30,846 nt of DNA from a virus (Duplodnaviria; Caudoviricetes), in the IMG/VR virus record IMGVR_UViG_3300049982_000102, positions 1 to 30,846 of that record; one strand, 5' to 3'. The notes under the pieces were generated by a model, which was not told where the DNA came from, ran no database searches, and saw only the letters and a list, made by a program, of their open reading frames with translations. The position numbers and the translations under genes were made by a program. This document shows positions 1-7,262 of the stretch, in pieces. Within the stretch, counting starts at the first letter, position 1. Every line of letters starts with the position of its first letter.

Positions 1-65
1 ACGGGATGGCCTGAAAGACGCCGGTGTCCATCTGGCCCGCAAGGTGCGTTCTCACCAGCAACAAC

Positions 66-101
66 AGCGCCGCCTCACCTTCGGGTGGGGCGGCGCTTCT
101 T
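66..101 (+). terminator. Intrinsic terminator-like hairpin
   Basis: AGCGCCGCCTCACC-TTCG-GGTGGGGCGGCGCT: 14-bp stem with one U.G pair, cUUCGg tetraloop, followed by TCTT. Confidence 0.8.
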
Positions 102-261
102 GCTGTGTATGCGCGGAGTCCCGCAGCCAACGTGGCCCGGCAGCCGGTGATGCGGGCCACGCTACCCGCGATGCCCCCGGCGTCCCGAGCAGGGCGCGCA
201 CCCTGAGGCCGCGACGGTGGCTCATCTCCGCCCGCCGGGAGCGGCGCGCGCAGCCCTGAGG

Positions 262-471
262 CTACGCCTCGTCGGGCTCGTCGAGGTGCGGCCGGTGCTC
301 CTTCACCCAGACGTCCACGTCGTCGGCCAGCCACACCTGACCCATCCGCAGGCGGGCGATCGGCTCGGGGAAGTCGCGGCGGTTCGCGAGCTGGCTCGCG
401 CGCTCGCGGGACAGCCGTAGCCGGGCGGCGATTTCGGCCATGCCCATCAACCTGATCTTCCCTCGGTCCAC
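262..471 (-). CDS. AlpA/excisionase-like small HTH DNA-binding protein
   Basis: MGMAEIAARLRLSRERASQL...DFPEPIARL...VWLADDVDVW fits the AlpA-type winged HTH pattern. Start is GTG 471 or ATG 447. Confidence 0.75.
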   Translation of the reverse strand: MDRGKIRLMGMAEIAARLRLSRERASQLANRRDFPEPIARLRMGQVWLADDVDVWVKEHRPHLDEPDEA

Positions 472-494
472 AGCCGGAACGGTAAGAGCCACCC

Positions 495-553
495 GGCTAC
501 ACGTCTTGGGTTCCCAAGTTGGCCTACACACACGGGGTAATGAGTTGTAGGCT
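495..553. promoter_or_regulatory. Divergent promoter/operator region
   Basis: Inverted repeat GCCTACA (522-528)/TGTAGGC (546-552), another CTACAC at 497-502, palindrome CTTGGG-TT-CCCAAG, and a TAGGCT -10-like hexamer at 548-553. Confidence 0.45.
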
Positions 554-655
554 CCCCGTCACGGAGGCGGTAGGTCGGCTTCGGCGGTGGTCCCGTCGAA
601 CGTTCCTTCCCGGAGCCCCTGCCGCCTCCGCCCATTCCGGCGACGGCGGAGGTGG

Positions 656-835
656 ATGGTGTTCCCGTTCTGGGACAAGCCGAGCGAGACAGACCTGGCG
701 ACCATGCGCGCGGCCCGCGCCGAGCAGCTCGCCGAACACGAGGCGGCCGTCCGGCGGCTCGCCGAAGCGCAGGACACCGACGGCGTCACCCCGCCGGCCG
801 AGCACGCCGACGAGCCCCGGACGGCGACGCGATGA
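656..835 (+). CDS. Hypothetical protein (59 aa)
   Basis: GGAGG immediately upstream of ATG 656, GC3-rich codons, ATGA overlap with the next gene. Confidence 0.6.
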   Translation: MVFPFWDKPSETDLATMRAARAEQLAEHEAAVRRLAEAQDTDGVTPPAEHADEPRTATR

Positions 836-1134
836 CCATGCTGCGCCCGATCGGGCCTGAGCTGGAGCGCAGCAACCTGCGGATCCTCGCCCAGCGGCAG
901 GGCACCTGGCCGGCCGGCGCCGTCCACGAGTGCGAACGCCTCGGTCGCATCTACCGCGAATGGCACGTTTCGTGGATGGGGGCGTGCGACTGGAACCGGC
1001 GCCCGGCCGGCTTCTACGCCTGGCGCCGGTCGCAGATGATCCGCGTGTACGGGAAGACGGCGCAGAAGCTGGAGCGGGCGATCGAGGCCGCGCCGCCGCC
1101 GTGGGAGCTGAAGCTGTCACGGCTCATGGATTGA
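832..1134 (+). CDS. Hypothetical Trp-rich protein (100 aa)
   Basis: ATG 832 coupled to the upstream stop, good codon bias, followed by a terminator. Confidence 0.7.
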   Translation: MTMLRPIGPELERSNLRILAQRQGTWPAGAVHECERLGRIYREWHVSWMGACDWNRRPAGFYAWRRSQMIRVYGKTAQKLERAIEAAPPPWELKLSRLMD

Positions 1135-1170
1135 TCTGCCCCCACCTGATTGTCCCGCCTTGGGACGCGC

Positions 1171-1210
1171 AGAAGCCCCCACTGCCCAGCGCCGGGCAGT
1201 GGGGGCCTCG
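1171..1210. terminator. Probable bidirectional terminator between convergent genes
   Basis: Perfect 13-bp stem GCCCCCACTGCCC (1175-1187)/GGGCAGTGGGGGC (1194-1206). Confidence 0.75.
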
Positions 1211-1225
1211 TCGTTCCGTGCCAGC

Positions 1226-1813
1226 TTAGACGCCGACCTTCTCGACGCCGGTCACCTTGATGGTGACCTTCGTCGACTTGCGCGGAGTGGGGACGGTCTC
1301 CTCGTTCACCTCGTACGTGCGGTCGCCCATCATGTTGAACGATCCGATGATCGGCCCGTCGTCGCCGCCCTTGATCTCGTAGGTGACCATCCACGTGCCG
1401 TCCGGGTCGAGCGCGGGACCGTCGTAGGCGAGCTTGACCTTCACGCCCACGATGCAGCCGGCGGAGCCGAAGCACTCCTTGCTGGTGACCTGCGGGGTGA
1501 GTGCGATGTCCGAGGCGGACACTGCGGGACCGGTGGTTGTGGCGTCTGGGGTGGGCTCGTCGCAGAAGTTGCCGCACCCCTCGATCGGGATGGAGCCCGC
1601 CGCGGCTGCCGGCTTCGGCGCGGCGGTCTTCTGTGCGCCGCCAGAGATCGCCAGTGTGGCGATGACCGCGGCGACGATGACGACGACCAGGACGGCGGCG
1701 GCGGCGATGATCAGCGGCAGGTGGGACTTCTTGCGCGGCGCCGGCATCTGCTGCGGCGGCCACACGGGCTGGGCGGTTCCGGTCTCGGGCGTCCGGTTCT
1801 CGGGGTACGTCAT
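1226..1813 (-). CDS. Single-pass membrane protein with Cys-containing extracytoplasmic beta domain (195 aa)
   Basis: GAAGGA SD before ATG 1813. Pro-rich N-terminus, RKK then TM helix LPLIIAAAAVLVVVIVAAVIATLAI, and CGNFC and CFGSAGC motifs. Confidence 0.85.
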   Translation of the reverse strand: MTYPENRTPETGTAQPVWPPQQMPAPRKKSHLPLIIAAAAVLVVVIVAAVIATLAISGGAQKTAAPKPAAAAGSIPIEGCGNFCDEPTPDATTTGPAVSASDIALTPQVTSKECFGSAGCIVGVKVKLAYDGPALDPDGTWMVTYEIKGGDDGPIIGSFNMMGDRTYEVNEETVPTPRKSTKVTIKVTGVEKVGV

Positions 1814-2056
1814 CTCGGGTTCCTTCGTGGAGGGGTGATCGCCTTCGGACGCGCGATCGCAGTGTGGACTCTGAGTCGCTTGATCACAACAGACTGTCGT
1901 TGATCTGGTACTTCTGACCGATGCCGATGTGAACGCCGGTCGGGTTCCGGGTCGGCTGCGGACCCTATGCAAATGAAAGGAATGGGCAGGCAGGCTCACA
2001 GATCTCGACGGGCCACCACCACCCCCACATAGCCCGAGCAGGAAGGACCCACCACA

Positions 2057-2728
2057 GTGACGTCCGCGAACTACAACCAGAACGATGGGCTCAACCCGCT
2101 GCCACTCCCGACGGGGATCATCAACAAGCTCATCCCGCTGTCGAGCCCCAGCACGGACGTCAGCACCACCCAGGCGGCCAGCCCCGAAGCGGCCGCATCT
2201 ACCCCGTCGCCGTCGCCGTCGCCCAGGCCGAGCGCCAGCGGCCAGGCCCCGGCATCCAACCGCCAAGCCCAGTACGTCACCGCCGGCGACCCGATCGACA
2301 AGGCCGGCCCGCCGGGCGCCGAGCAGCCCGACCCGCGGGTCGCTGAGCCACGGGCCGACACGACCAGCACGGTCAACGTCACCGTCACGCCCGGCTGGAC
2401 GCCCACCAAGGTGATGCTGGCCGGCTCGCTCACGGCCGTCATCGTCCTGGCCGTGCTCGCGATGCTGCTGCTGTCGCGCCGCGGCCGGCCCTCGGTGTCG
2501 CGCAACTCTGGGACCGTGCTCATCGGCAACGACGAAGAGGCCGATCGGCATCATCTGCGGCCTCGTCCCCGCCCGACAGCTCGCGCAGTTGTCCACGTAC
2601 CCGAGCTGACCGCGACTCGCGTCGGGGCCATCCTGGACGACGACAGCACCGGCCCGATGGGCATCGACCCGGAGACGATCCACGCGGCGCGCCGTCTCGC
2701 CTGGCGGTTGAACGACCGTCGCCCGTAA
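2057..2728 (+). CDS. Pro/Ser/Thr-rich single-TM membrane protein
   Basis: GGAAGGA SD before GTG 2057. TM segment VMLAGSLTAVIVLAVLAMLLL followed by RRGR. Confidence 0.65.
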   Translation: MTSANYNQNDGLNPLPLPTGIINKLIPLSSPSTDVSTTQAASPEAAASTPSPSPSPRPSASGQAPASNRQAQYVTAGDPIDKAGPPGAEQPDPRVAEPRADTTSTVNVTVTPGWTPTKVMLAGSLTAVIVLAVLAMLLLSRRGRPSVSRNSGTVLIGNDEEADRHHLRPRPRPTARAVVHVPELTATRVGAILDDDSTGPMGIDPETIHAARRLAWRLNDRRP

Positions 2729-2762
2729 CGGAGCGTGCAAGATCCAGGGTGTACCCGGGGGT

Positions 2763-2831
2763 GTACTGCACAACACTGCACGCGACTGCCTAGGGATGCA
2801 CAATGGCAGGTCGTGCAGTGTTGTGCAGTAC
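2763..2831. repeat. Perfect 20-bp inverted repeat within attP
   Basis: GTACTGCACAACACTGCACG (2763-2782) and CGTGCAGTGTTGTGCAGTAC (2812-2831), 29-bp spacer. Confidence 0.95.
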
Positions 2832-2841
2832 CCGCCGACTC

Positions 2842-2887
2842 ACTCATAATCCCTCGGTCGCGGGTTCGAGTCCCGCCCGCCCCACCA
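2842..2887 (+). pseudogene. 3' half of a tRNA with CAT anticodon (Ile2 or Met), serving as att core; not a complete tRNA
   Basis: Anticodon loop CTCATAA, T-arm GCGGG-TTCGAGT-CCCGC, acceptor strand CCGCCCC-A-CCA. No D-arm or 5' acceptor strand upstream. Confidence 0.9.
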
Positions 2888-2924
2888 GCACGTCTGCCAC
2901 GGCGGTCAAGATCAGGGGTGTACA

Positions 2925-4172
2925 TCAGGGTGTACCGCCCTCTTTGAACAGCCGCTCGCCGACACGCTTGGTAGCGTCGCGGGCCATCGCCGAAGCGACG
3001 TGCGTGTATCCCTCAGTGACCTTCACCGACGAATGACCCAGCAGCTCCTGCACCACACGGACGTCAACGCCCTGGGCGAGCAGGAAGGTTCCGGCGAAGT
3101 GCCGTCCATCGTGCACCCGGAACTGGCCCTCGACGCCGGCCACGCGTTCGAGCACCTGCCATTCGTCCCAGTCTGACGACGGGTCGACCGGGTTGCCGTC
3201 GATGCGCGCGAATACCAGATCGTGATCGGCGTACGCGGCGCCGGCCATCATTCGTTCGAGGTCCTGCACCTCACGGTGCGTCCGTAGGTGCGCGATCAGC
3301 TCCGGCGGCAGCGGCACTGTTCGCTTGCCCTTGCCCTTTGGCGGTTTCAGGATCAACCCGCCCGTCAGCCGCTGCTCCCCGGTGCGCAACTCCATCTGCC
3401 GTCGCGGACAGTTCCCGGCGCGGCGCCGGCCACACGGCTCGTCTGCGCAACCGTGGTCGAACGGGCGCCGGTGCAACTGCCACCACACCCGGATCTCGCC
3501 CGCGTCGAGGTCGACGTACGACCAGCGCAGGCCGAGCGCCTCACCCTGACGCAGGCCGAGCGCCAGCCCGATCCGCCACCGGGCCGCCGTCCGGCGGGCG
3601 TGCTCGTCGGCAGCTGCGAGCAGCCGCGCGGCTGCCGCTTCGTCCGGCGGGCGGATCTCCTGCGCCTTCGCGGTCGGCGCGTCGATGAGCTTCGCCGGGT
3701 TCAGCGGCAGGACACCGCGCCGATAGGCGATCTCCAGCGCCCGGGACAGGATGCGATGCACCTGCCGCATCGTGGAGTCCGCCCGGCCGGCACGCTGCAT
3801 GGCCAGGTAGACGGCGTCGAGGTGTTCCGGGGTGAGCTGATCCATCCGGACCTTGCCGATTTCGGGGATCACGTAGCAGCGCATCTTGCTGCGGTAGCCA
3901 CGCACCGTCGTCGGGTCGATCTTGCGGGGTGCGATCGTGTCCAGGTAGGTGCCCAACCACTGCTCGACGTTGGGGGCGCGGCCCGGGCGCTGGACCTTGC
4001 CGGTCTGCTTCTGGGCGAGCAGCGCGTCGGCACGCTGCTCGACCTCGGTCTCGGTGGCCCGCTTGATGTGGCGCTGGTCCGGGCGTCCGTTGGGTTTGGT
4101 GCCGACCGTCACCCAGGCGTGCCAGAGTCCGTCGGCGCCGAGCTTGATCGTGGGTTGTCGCTTGCGGGGCAT
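2925..4172 (-). CDS. int: Tyrosine integrase
   Basis: Catalytic motifs GLRQGEALGL (R), HDGRH (HxxR), LLGHS and GYTH (Y), with N-terminal arm-binding and core-binding regions. Confidence 0.97.
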   Translation of the reverse strand: MPRKRQPTIKLGADGLWHAWVTVGTKPNGRPDQRHIKRATETEVEQRADALLAQKQTGKVQRPGRAPNVEQWLGTYLDTIAPRKIDPTTVRGYRSKMRCYVIPEIGKVRMDQLTPEHLDAVYLAMQRAGRADSTMRQVHRILSRALEIAYRRGVLPLNPAKLIDAPTAKAQEIRPPDEAAAARLLAAADEHARRTAARWRIGLALGLRQGEALGLRWSYVDLDAGEIRVWWQLHRRPFDHGCADEPCGRRRAGNCPRRQMELRTGEQRLTGGLILKPPKGKGKRTVPLPPELIAHLRTHREVQDLERMMAGAAYADHDLVFARIDGNPVDPSSDWDEWQVLERVAGVEGQFRVHDGRHFAGTFLLAQGVDVRVVQELLGHSSVKVTEGYTHVASAMARDATKRVGERLFKEGGTP

Positions 4173-4186
4173 GATCGCTCCCAGGG

Positions 4187-4621
4187 TCAGCCGGATTCTG
4201 CGGAGTTGCCGACGGTCCGGCTGCGCGGGACACGTTCGGCAAGCATCGCCAGCGTCATGCGAATGAACTGGCGTTCGGTCTCGGGTGTGTTGGGGTCGGC
4301 AAGCCGGCGCAGGATGAGGCGCACGTCGGAGGGCAGCGGCGGTTCCGGGGTTGGTTCGGCGGCCCCGTCGGTCATGCCGAGCACGCGCATCGCCTCGTCG
4401 AGGCTGGCGCCGACTGCGCTGACGAACGCGCGCACCTGCGGCAGCTTCGGCAGCCCGCGGCCCTCGCCGACGCGCCAGCGGTGGAAGGTTGACGTTGCGA
4501 CGCCGCTGACCCGCTGGATCTCGCGGTCGGTAAGGCCGCGGTTGCGTGCGCTGTCGAGCGCGCGGGCTACGAAGCGCGCCCAGTTCGCGCGCGCTACTGC
4601 GGGGTCAACGGCGCCGGCCAT
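4187..4621 (-). CDS. XRE-family immunity repressor
   Basis: HTH GLTDREIQRVSGVATSTFHRW. Divergent from the xis-like gene and upstream of int. ATG 4621 is the preferred start (uncertain). Confidence 0.85.
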   Translation of the reverse strand: MAGAVDPAVARANWARFVARALDSARNRGLTDREIQRVSGVATSTFHRWRVGEGRGLPKLPQVRAFVSAVGASLDEAMRVLGMTDGAAEPTPEPPLPSDVRLILRRLADPNTPETERQFIRMTLAMLAERVPRSRTVGNSAESG

Positions 4622-4739
4622 GGCGTCAAGGTAAATCCCGTTCGCCGGCCTGTTGTCCCATGGACGGGATCGGTTGCGCGTGCGCAGACGGCCGATCGGC
4701 CGGTAGGTCCGGGGCCTCAGTCGGATGACACGTGGCTCT

Positions 4740-4870
4740 GCAAGGGACTGCATGCGTTACAAGCTAACCCATGGTTACCACTCAGATATCAACCGAAAGG
4801 TTGAGGTGCGCCATCTGCGCAGTCGCGCTACCGTGACTGCATGCACGCAGACGCAGTAGATCGCAGTAGC
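4740..4870. promoter_or_regulatory. Lysis/lysogeny switch region
   Basis: Lies between divergent regulators. GACTGCATGC direct repeat (4746-4755, 4835-4844), TAACC-CAT-GGTTA (4765-4777), TCAACC-GAAA-GGTTGA (4789-4804), and CGCAGTAG twice (4852, 4862). Confidence 0.6.
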
Positions 4871-5182
4871 GCGGATGGGAGCGGGGGAGTGGTGCCCGCA
4901 ACCTCAGAGCCCCTGGCCTTCACGATCCCGCAGGTCGCGGGCAAGCTCGGCCTTAGCGAGCGGACGGTCTGGCAGCTCGTCGCCGACGAGAAGATCCCCT
5001 CCATCAAGATCGGGTCTTCGCGCCGTGTGGCGCGCGCCGACCTTGAGGCTTACGTCGAGACCCTGCGTGGCGTGGCGATGACCCACCCCGACGGCGGCGG
5101 CGGGACCGGACCAGGCGGCGGCAGTGGCACCGGTCCGGGCCGCGACGAGGCCGAGCCCACCGAGCGGGTGAGCGCGGCATGA
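4841..5182 (+). CDS. xis: Excisionase/Cro-like HTH_17 DNA-binding protein
   Basis: AFTIPQVAGKLGLSERTVWQLVADEKIPSIKIGSSRRVARADLEAY is a typical Xis-like winged HTH. The true start may be a downstream GTG near 4889. Confidence 0.85.
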   Translation: MHADAVDRSSADGSGGVVPATSEPLAFTIPQVAGKLGLSERTVWQLVADEKIPSIKIGSSRRVARADLEAYVETLRGVAMTHPDGGGGTGPGGGSGTGPGRDEAEPTERVSAA

Positions 5183-5904
5183 CCGCCTTCACGACGAACC
5201 CAACCAACCCTCCGCATCCGCTCCCGAACCCCGGCCCGCCGGCACCGCGGTCCGGCCACCTCCCGATCTCCGGTCCCCGCGCCGGCTTCGTCCCTCCAGA
5301 CGCAGTCGCCCGTGAAAGCGCCCCCGGCGCGGGGGCCGGCCCCACCTCCCTGGCCCAGCTCGTCTCGGATCTGCGCCTCATGCTCGCCGCGGCCCTGGCC
5401 CGGACCCAGCACCAGTGGGACCCGGCCAGCGGCCCGCAGCAGGGGGACGCCCCGATCGGCCCGGCCTACGTGGACCGCAAGGTGATGAACGCGCGGGCTG
5501 ACATCCGTGCGGCGCTGGCCGAGCTGGACGAGCTGCGCGTCGTCGTGTCCCTCAATGACCCCGGTCCCCGCTCAGTCGCGCCCCCCGGTCGGGGCGGGGA
5601 CCGGTTCGAACCTGCACGACCCGGAGCGCCCGACCGTCCCGAGGCCGATGCCGGGGTTCGCCCTGCCGCAGCCGCCGAGGTGGTCGTGGTGAGCGCGCAG
5701 ATCGCAGAGACGTGCTCCCGGCCGAAGTGCCAGGAGAAGACGGCGGACCTGTACTGCTCGGAGCGCTGCTACGAGCTGGACAACGACCCCAATCCGATAC
5801 AGCCCATCGCCCGGAACAAGGCCGACGGGTTCGGTTTGGAGCTCTCGCGGATGCAGCCGCAGCCGGTGATCCTGCCGCACATCCGGCGCACCAAGCAGAC
5901 CTGA
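5179..5904 (+). CDS. Hypothetical protein (Pro-rich N-terminus, CxxxxC...CxxxC near C-terminus)
   Basis: ATGA coupling to xis. Contains internal hairpins, so it may not be coding throughout. Confidence 0.55.
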   Translation: MTAFTTNPTNPPHPLPNPGPPAPRSGHLPISGPRAGFVPPDAVARESAPGAGAGPTSLAQLVSDLRLMLAAALARTQHQWDPASGPQQGDAPIGPAYVDRKVMNARADIRAALAELDELRVVVSLNDPGPRSVAPPGRGGDRFEPARPGAPDRPEADAGVRPAAAAEVVVVSAQIAETCSRPKCQEKTADLYCSERCYELDNDPNPIQPIARNKADGFGLELSRMQPQPVILPHIRRTKQT

Positions 5905-5984
5905 ACGAAGCGGGGCCGCCCAGTGCGATCTGGACGACCCCGAGGCCACGAACCCCACAGATCTCTGAGAGAGGGGCTGGACCC

Positions 5985-6500
5985 TTGAACACCACCGTAC
6001 CTACGCCGGAGCCGAAGGGCTACGCGGTCACCGCCGCCGAGCTGCGCCGGATCGCCGACGCGATCGAGAGACTGCCCGGCGCGCCCAGCCACGTGGCGGT
6101 CGACTTCCAGACCGCGCCCGCGAAAGGCACCAACGAGGAGATCGCCGCAGGCGTCGATGCCGTGGCCATGGCGGTCATCGGCAGGCCCGGCGAGGACCGG
6201 GACCTGAGCGGCGGCGGCAGCCAGCGCCACGTGGGCGACTGGACCAATCAGGTCGGCGGCCAGACCTTGCGCGTCGCCGTCTACCAGATGTACGTCCGGC
6301 CTGATCCGAAGGACGCCGAGATCGAGCGGCTGCGGTCCGAGCTGGCCAAGCTTCACGCCGAGACCGACCCGACCGGTGACAGCTTCAGCCGTGAGCCCGA
6401 CGAGGTGAAGCCGACCAGCGCGGTGCCCAACGGTATCGACGGCCACTCGGAGTTCTCCGGCCGCGCGTCGGTGCCGGACCCATACTGCGGTGGCGAGTGA
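5985..6500 (+). CDS. Hypothetical protein
   Basis: TTG 5985 after GAGAGGGG, strong GC3 bias, coupled to the next gene. Confidence 0.7.
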   Translation: MNTTVPTPEPKGYAVTAAELRRIADAIERLPGAPSHVAVDFQTAPAKGTNEEIAAGVDAVAMAVIGRPGEDRDLSGGGSQRHVGDWTNQVGGQTLRVAVYQMYVRPDPKDAEIERLRSELAKLHAETDPTGDSFSREPDEVKPTSAVPNGIDGHSEFSGRASVPDPYCGGE

Positions 6501-6733
6501 TGGCCGGGCCGTGCCGCTTCGATGCGCACGTTGCACTGTGCAGCTCGATCTCGGGATACGCGACCAGCATCCCGGTGTGTGAGGAGTTGGCCGCGTACAC
6601 CGCGATCGTTCGCATCGAGCCGGTTGATGGCGTCGGGCTGACCGTCGACTCCGAGGTCTGCGACAAGCACAACCGGAAGCTCGCGGGCGCGGCGCACTAC
6701 CAGCGCTCGATCAAGCTCCGCCAGTCCACCTGA
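6497..6733 (+). CDS. Hypothetical Cys/His-containing protein
   Basis: GTGA overlap with the previous gene; four Cys, CDKH motif. Confidence 0.6.
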   Translation: MMAGPCRFDAHVALCSSISGYATSIPVCEELAAYTAIVRIEPVDGVGLTVDSEVCDKHNRKLAGAAHYQRSIKLRQST

Positions 6734-6852
6734 TCCGGCACGGCGGTGCTGAAGACGTCGCCGTGCCAGCAAGCCCGCCCGGGGCGAGGCAAACCACCGT
6801 CGCGCTCCGGGCGCATCAAGCCGAAGCGAACTCTTGCGAAGAGGACATAGCC

Positions 6853-7029
6853 ATGAACGACCGCACCGAAGTCATCTACCTCGGCTACTCCGTGGCCGAG
6901 CTTCGCCCCCGTCGCTACCGCCGCCGTCATCGCGCCGAGTCCAACCCGGTCGTGGGCCTGCTGTGCTTCGCCGTGGCGATCCTGGTCGGCGCGCCGCTGG
7001 CTGGTCTCGCCGCCGTGGGGGTGCTGTGA
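6853..7029 (+). CDS. Small membrane protein (58 aa)
   Basis: GAGGA SD, RRYRRRHR basic patch, C-terminal TM helix. Confidence 0.7.
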   Translation: MNDRTEVIYLGYSVAELRPRRYRRRHRAESNPVVGLLCFAVAILVGAPLAGLAAVGVL

Positions 7030-7262
7030 ACGCCGCCGAGCACTTCGACTGGGCCGTGGTCCGCGCGATGGAATACGTCGAGCTGAACGACGGGGCGAAC
7101 GCGTTGGCGTCGCTGGTCTCGGACCTCGGTAAGCACGAGGGCACGGCCGGGATCTTGAACCAGGATCTCCAGGGCCTCTTCATGATGGAGGTCATCATCA
7201 ATGGCGCTCAGGGTGCCCGCCGGTTCATCGAGGGCATTCCCCGACCGGTGGTGACCCGATGA
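7026..7262 (+). CDS. Hypothetical protein
   Basis: GTGA-coupled start and codon bias. Confidence 0.7.
   Translation: MNAAEHFDWAVVRAMEYVELNDGANALASLVSDLGKHEGTAGILNQDLQGLFMMEVIINGAQGARRFIEGIPRPVVTR

Larger units (their letters stand above)
2738..2936 (+). other. attP site (common core plus arm-type integrase sites)
   Basis: tRNA 3'-half core at 2842-2887. GGGTGTAC-containing direct-repeat pairs on both sides (2745-2754, 2757-2766, 2914-2923, 2926-2935). Abuts the integrase 3' end. Confidence 0.85.

Noticed and set aside
1-60. Possible structured RNA 3' end before the terminator
   Set aside because: Only short stems in a truncated context. It could equally be the end of an upstream CDS (TGA at 12-14) and its 3' UTR.
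1814-2803. N-terminal extension making a 525-aa ORF at 1226-2803
   Set aside because: The extension is the antisense shadow of ORF 2057-2728 and attP. The SD and protein features support a start at 1813.
2810-2887. Complete tRNA-Met/Ile gene
   Set aside because: No 5' acceptor strand or D-arm. The upstream sequence is the attP inverted repeat, so it is only an att core fragment.
3288-4634. 448-aa plus-strand ORF and many similar long Arg/Pro/Ala-rich alternative-frame ORFs across the window
   Set aside because: Expected stop-poor shadow frames in very GC-rich DNA, overlapping genes with clear motifs.
5555-5625. GGTTCGAACC resembling a tRNA T-loop
   Set aside because: Flanks do not form a T-stem or cloverleaf on either strand. 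It sits beside a simple CCGGTCCCCG/CGGGGACCGG hairpin.
6749-6840. CTGAAGA as a hammerhead ribozyme core
   Set aside because: No correctly placed GAAA or stem II/III architecture downstream.
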